Shown: piece after piece, positions 43,731 through 47,209 of the stretch
How positions within the stretch are numbered: position 1 is the first letter of the stretch
How the letters are laid out: each line of letters begins with the position of its first letter
Assembly (NCBI GenBank): GCA_022013085.1
Contig: JAKLQX010000002.1
Coordinates: 1-47,209 of the forward strand
Length of the DNA stretch: 47,209 nt
Reading direction: 5' to 3'
Source of the DNA: Candidatus Omnitrophota bacterium
GTDB taxonomy: Bacteria; Omnitrophota; Gorgyraeia; Gygaellales; Profunditerraquicolaceae
The notes under the pieces: generated by a model
Database searches by the model: none
What the model saw: the letters and a program-made list of their open reading frames with translations, nothing else
What the model was told of the DNA's origin: nothing
Translations under genes and position numbers: made by a program

Positions 43731-44660
43731 ATGATTCTAAACATGGGTAAATTAAGGATAGCAGTGATTGGTGTAGGGCATTTAGGCAGTATCCATGCTA
43801 AAATATATAAAGAAAACCCAAATGTTGACTTAGTGGGAGTCTGCGATACAGACAAAGATAGGCTTAATTCAGTCTCGCAAGAACTCCAGGTCCCCGGGCA
43901 TCTAAACCACCAAGATCTATTCTCAAAAGTTGACGCCGTAAGCGTAGCTACCCCCACAAAACTCCATTTTAAGGTTGCCGCTGACTTACTAAACCATAAC
44001 ATACACGCCTTGGTAGAAAAGCCATTTACCCCGACATTAGAAGAAGCGGACCACCTCATACAAATCGCTAAAGATCATGATTTAATTCTACAGGTCGGCC
44101 ATATCGAACGCTTTAATTCCGCTTTTTGCGCCACGCAAAAGATTATCAAGGACCCTAAATTTATTGAGTGCCATCGCCTCTCTCCTTTTCCCAATCGTTC
44201 CCTTGACATAGGTGCTGTCTTAGACATCATGATCCATGATATTGATATAATTCTTGGGCTAGTCACCTCAAAAATAGAAAGAATCGATGCCGTGGGAGTA
44301 AATGTATTAACCCGCTTTGAAGATATTGCTAACGCCCGGATCACCTTTGAAAATGGTTGTGTAGCTAACCTTACAGCCTCCCGCGTCTCAGACGAAGTAA
44401 TGCGTAAAATCCGTATTTTCCAGGAGAATACCTATATATCGCTGGATTATAAAAATGCCGAGGCATGGGTATACCGCAAAGGCCTGTTTAAGATTACAAA
44501 AGAAAGCCTGCCTATTGAAAAAGAGCAGCCACTACAAAAAGAATTAGAATCGTTTATCGCTTGTGTGACAAATCATACCACTCCGCTAGTTTCCGGAACA
44601 GTTGCCCGAGAAGCTTTAGCAGTCGCCCTGGAAATTCAAAAACAGATATGGAAAAAATAA
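43731..44660 (+). CDS. Gfo/Idh/MocA-family NAD-dependent oxidoreductase (possible UDP-GlcNAc 3-dehydrogenase GnnA-like)
   Basis: RIAVIGVGHLGSIHA Rossmann motif and the VEKP motif. The start could be 43731 or 43743 (MGKLRIAV...). The 3' end overlaps lpxB by 13 nt. Confidence 0.7.
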   Translation: MILNMGKLRIAVIGVGHLGSIHAKIYKENPNVDLVGVCDTDKDRLNSVSQELQVPGHLNHQDLFSKVDAVSVATPTKLHFKVAADLLNHNIHALVEKPFTPTLEEADHLIQIAKDHDLILQVGHIERFNSAFCATQKIIKDPKFIECHRLSPFPNRSLDIGAVLDIMIHDIDIILGLVTSKIERIDAVGVNVLTRFEDIANARITFENGCVANLTASRVSDEVMRKIRIFQENTYISLDYKNAEAWVYRKGLFKITKESLPIEKEQPLQKELESFIACVTNHTTPLVSGTVAREALAVALEIQKQIWKK

Positions 44661-45787
44661 AGAAAATTTTTATTGTTTGCGGTGAACCTTCCGGAGATTT
44701 ATTAGCCGGCGATCTCATCGCCGCAATAAATAAATTAGATCCGGCAATTAAAATTTTCGGTGTTGGAGGAGCACACTTAGCCAAAACTAAAGCTGAAATC
44801 TTTTATAACATTAAAGACCTGGCAGTAATGGGGCTCTTTGATGTCTTAAAAAAACTACCAAAATTCCTCGAATTAAAAAAAATAATCCTCAAAAAAATTA
44901 ACCTGGAAAAACCTGATTGCTTAATACTCGTGGATTTTTCTGGTTTTAACCTGCGCCTAGCTAAAGCAATTAACAAACGCATACCAACCATCTATTATGT
45001 CAGTCCGCAAATCTGGGCCTCTAGAGAAAAGAGAATAGGATATATAAGAAAGTTTGTTTCTAAAATGGTGGTGCTCTTTAAATTTGAAGAGGAATTTTAC
45101 AAACAGCGCCAGATACAAGCACTTTATGTGGGGCACCCCTTAATTGATATCGTAAAACCAACAATGCCAAAACAAGAACTTATAAATAATTTCAGATTTT
45201 CTCCTGATAAAAAGACCATTGCCTTGCTACCCGGGTCACGTAAGCGAGAAATAAAATTAATCTTACCCCTTATGCTAAAAACTGCTCAATTGATCAATAA
45301 AAAAATGCCTGATACACAATTTGTTATTGCCAAATCCCCTGCCCAAGAGGCGCAAATTTATGCCCAAGCGCTTAGGGGATTCAATTTAGATTTAAAGATT
45401 ATAGACGGCAGAACTTACGATTGCCTGGAAATTGCGGATGCATCATTAGTCTGCTCTGGCACTGCTACATTAGAAGCAGCGATCATTGGAAAACCTTTTG
45501 TTATTGTCTACAAAATGAACTTATTAAATTATTTACTTTACGCGCCTCAGGTAAAAGTGCCTTTTATCGGAATGGTCAACATTATATCCAAGAAAAAAAT
45601 AGTTCCAGAGTTTATTCAATTCCAAGCTAAGCCTAAAATGATAGCCCACGCAATTATAGATCTCCTACAAAAACCTGAGCAGAACAAACAAATGCTTGAA
45701 GATTTAGCTTACGTAAAAAATAGCCTTGGGTTACCTGGAGCAGCCCAGCGCGCAGCTAAACTCATCCTAAACTTTCTCCAAAAATAA
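44648..45787 (+). CDS. lpxB: lipid-A-disaccharide synthase
   Basis: MEKIKKIFIVCGEPSGDLLAGDLI is a typical LpxB N-terminus. I placed the start at ATG 44648. The track ORF starting at 44561 adds 29 residues that overlap the upstream gene. Confidence 0.9.
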   Translation: MEKIKKIFIVCGEPSGDLLAGDLIAAINKLDPAIKIFGVGGAHLAKTKAEIFYNIKDLAVMGLFDVLKKLPKFLELKKIILKKINLEKPDCLILVDFSGFNLRLAKAINKRIPTIYYVSPQIWASREKRIGYIRKFVSKMVVLFKFEEEFYKQRQIQALYVGHPLIDIVKPTMPKQELINNFRFSPDKKTIALLPGSRKREIKLILPLMLKTAQLINKKMPDTQFVIAKSPAQEAQIYAQALRGFNLDLKIIDGRTYDCLEIADASLVCSGTATLEAAIIGKPFVIVYKMNLLNYLLYAPQVKVPFIGMVNIISKKKIVPEFIQFQAKPKMIAHAIIDLLQKPEQNKQMLEDLAYVKNSLGLPGAAQRAAKLILNFLQK

Positions 45788-45824
45788 AAAATAATTAAGG
45801 CTTAGATAATGGGCCCTATTACAC

Positions 45825-46916
45825 TTAATATGACTTTGCTGTTTTTATCCTCTCATCAATCGGTGGGTGGTCAAAAAAGAAAAACTTAATTAGGGGATGG
45901 GGGGTTCTATCGGCAAGATTTTGTACGGCAAGTTTATCCATTAGAGAAATAAATGCCTCTTTGTTTTGAGTTGTTTTAAGCGCCAACTTATCCGCCTCTT
46001 TTTCAAACCTTCGGCTGATATATGCTTCTAAAGGCTGCGTAATAATCCCAAATAATATAAAATATAAAAAAACTAGCGGCAAACTAGCCACTTGGCTGAG
46101 GAAGCTTAATTTAAAAATTGTTAAACAATAACCACTAGTCTTAAAAATAACAAAAAACAATCCCAAAGTTACCAAAGAATTTACAAGAATCAGCTTCATA
46201 ATATGCTTTAAACGATAATGCGCAAACTCATGCGCCAGGATTACCTCAATCTCATCATAACTATACTTATCTTTTAAGGTATCTGCCAAAATCACCCGCC
46301 GAGTGCGCCCCAACCCCGTAAAAGCAGCGTTCGCCTTTAGTGTTTTCTTGCTGAGATCTATCTGGAAAACATCCATCAACTTAATCTGCATTTTACAAGC
46401 TAGATTAAAAATCCTTTGACGCAAGAACTCATCATCTAATTTCTTATATTTAAAAAATAACGGAATAATCAGCACTGGGGTTAATTTTGCTAAGATTACG
46501 CTAAAAAATATCCAAAAAATAGATATAACAAACCACCAGCAATTACTAAATCTATTCAAAATCCAGTAAAAAGCTAAAACCAGTATTAGTGAAATTACAT
46601 ATGCTAAAACACCTGACTTTAGCTGGTCTATCCACCAGTCTTTCGCCTTCTGTTTAGACAAATTGAATTTATGTTCTAAAATATAACTACTATAAAAATT
46701 AAGCGGTAAATTTAATAAATAGTATAAAAGCGAAATAACCAGAAAAAACACACTAATTAACAAACCAGCGGATAGATTTATGTTTTTAAGTAGAGTCTCT
46801 AAGAACAAAGAAAACCCTGAACCTAAAATTATTAGGAGCAGGGTTATAGTATAAAAAGTATCAATAATACTTAAACTATACTTTGTATTTGAATATTGTT
46901 TGCCTCTCGAAGCCAT
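45825..46916 (-). CDS. M48-family (Ste24/HtpX-like) zinc metallopeptidase, polytopic membrane protein
   Basis: HEFAH zinc motif with a downstream FEKEAD glutamate and multiple TM segments. Confidence 0.75.
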   Translation of the reverse strand: MASRGKQYSNTKYSLSIIDTFYTITLLLIILGSGFSLFLETLLKNINLSAGLLISVFFLVISLLYYLLNLPLNFYSSYILEHKFNLSKQKAKDWWIDQLKSGVLAYVISLILVLAFYWILNRFSNCWWFVISIFWIFFSVILAKLTPVLIIPLFFKYKKLDDEFLRQRIFNLACKMQIKLMDVFQIDLSKKTLKANAAFTGLGRTRRVILADTLKDKYSYDEIEVILAHEFAHYRLKHIMKLILVNSLVTLGLFFVIFKTSGYCLTIFKLSFLSQVASLPLVFLYFILFGIITQPLEAYISRRFEKEADKLALKTTQNKEAFISLMDKLAVQNLADRTPHPLIKFFFFDHPPIDERIKTAKSY

Positions 46917-46922
46917 CGCTTC

Positions 46923-47168
46923 TTACTTATCTTTCTTTGCTTGCGGGGCAACATTAACAAAGGTACGCACCTTACCATGGCTGGTCTTTTTACGAGTAAA
47001 ATAAACCTTACCCGAATAAGCAGCAAACAAAGTACCTAAACCCCGGACTCCTACTCCTGCTTTATAACTATCTATGCCACGTACCAATATCTCTCCGGTC
47101 TTGACCAGCTTGCCTCCGGATGATTTCATTGCCTTATCTTTCTTGGGAGTTGAAAAACCACCAATCAT
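46923..47168 (-). CDS. rpmA: ribosomal protein L27-like protein, divergent and N-terminally short
   Basis: 81 aa with a strong SD (AGGAGG-N8-ATG). GGKLVKTGEILVRG...AGVGVRGLGTLFAAYSGKVYF aligns by eye with the L27 core GGExVxAGxIIVRQRGT...GxNVGxGxDxTLFAxxxGxVxF. Confidence 0.6.
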   Translation of the reverse strand: MIGGFSTPKKDKAMKSSGGKLVKTGEILVRGIDSYKAGVGVRGLGTLFAAYSGKVYFTRKKTSHGKVRTFVNVAPQAKKDK

Positions 47169-47209
47169 TTTAATTTCCTCCTAATATCATTACGTCTCAA
47201 TTACGTCAT

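Noticed and set aside
43715-44059. 114-aa minus-strand ORF and other minus-strand ORFs (44075-44344, 44554-44784, 44803-44991) opposite the oxidoreductase and lpxB genes.
   Set aside because: They are shadow ORFs of clearly homologous plus-strand genes.
47169-47209. Direct repeat GACGTAAT-N3-GACGTAAT upstream of the L27-like gene.
   Set aside because: It lies at the very edge of the window and may be the 3' end of an unseen upstream gene. There is too little context to interpret it.

Overview
A 47.2-kb, AT-rich, very gene-dense bacterial chromosomal segment. I call about 50 CDS, all but three on the minus strand, many with 1-20 nt overlaps, plus three tRNAs. The content is core metabolism and housekeeping. 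It includes a purine operon (purB-purL-LOG-purF-purM), a four-subunit 2-oxoacid:ferredoxin oxidoreductase (gamma-delta-alpha-beta) followed by ferritin-like and ferredoxin genes, and a small operon with a single-domain MetE-like gene. It also carries cutA-ccdA-tlpA, pgeF, rmuC, ttcA-like, malQ, pilD, aroE and a branched-chain amino-acid block (ilvD-ilvB-ilvN-ilvC-leuA). Further along are a class II aldolase-like gene plus pfkA, ahcY and metK, a permease-less PTS (ptsN-yvcK-ptsH-ptsI) and tRNA-Lys/Leu/Gly. The window ends with rpsB-tsf-pyrH-frr, msbA, a Gfo/Idh/MocA oxidoreductase plus lpxB, an M48 peptidase and an L27-like gene. I see no transposase, integrase, CRISPR array, toxin-antitoxin or recognisable defence gene. 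The gene set (lipid A genes, PFOR, one small protein that recalls a PVC-group family) suggests an uncultivated Gram-negative anaerobe; this taxonomic guess is weak. The unusual material is non-coding. (1) A family of palindromic-ended 75-150 bp cassettes sits exactly at stop/start junctions of three operons. Each carries the SD and supplies the G of a GTG start for the downstream gene. Each is bracketed by TGAA repeats, and removing the cassette restores overlapping or closely adjacent stop/start junctions. One copy carries a nested sibling insertion. (2) A 205-nt strongly structured module lies in the malQ|ttcA spacer. (3) Several other short repeat families occupy spacers: TAG-rich three-frame-stop spacers, CCTGCCTGCC hairpins and duplicated terminator modules. 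Protein-level oddities are a PurF with Ser at the nucleophile position, an L27-like protein lacking the conserved N-terminal tail, and a DUF167 gene remnant. All alignments and folds were done by eye, with no database search.
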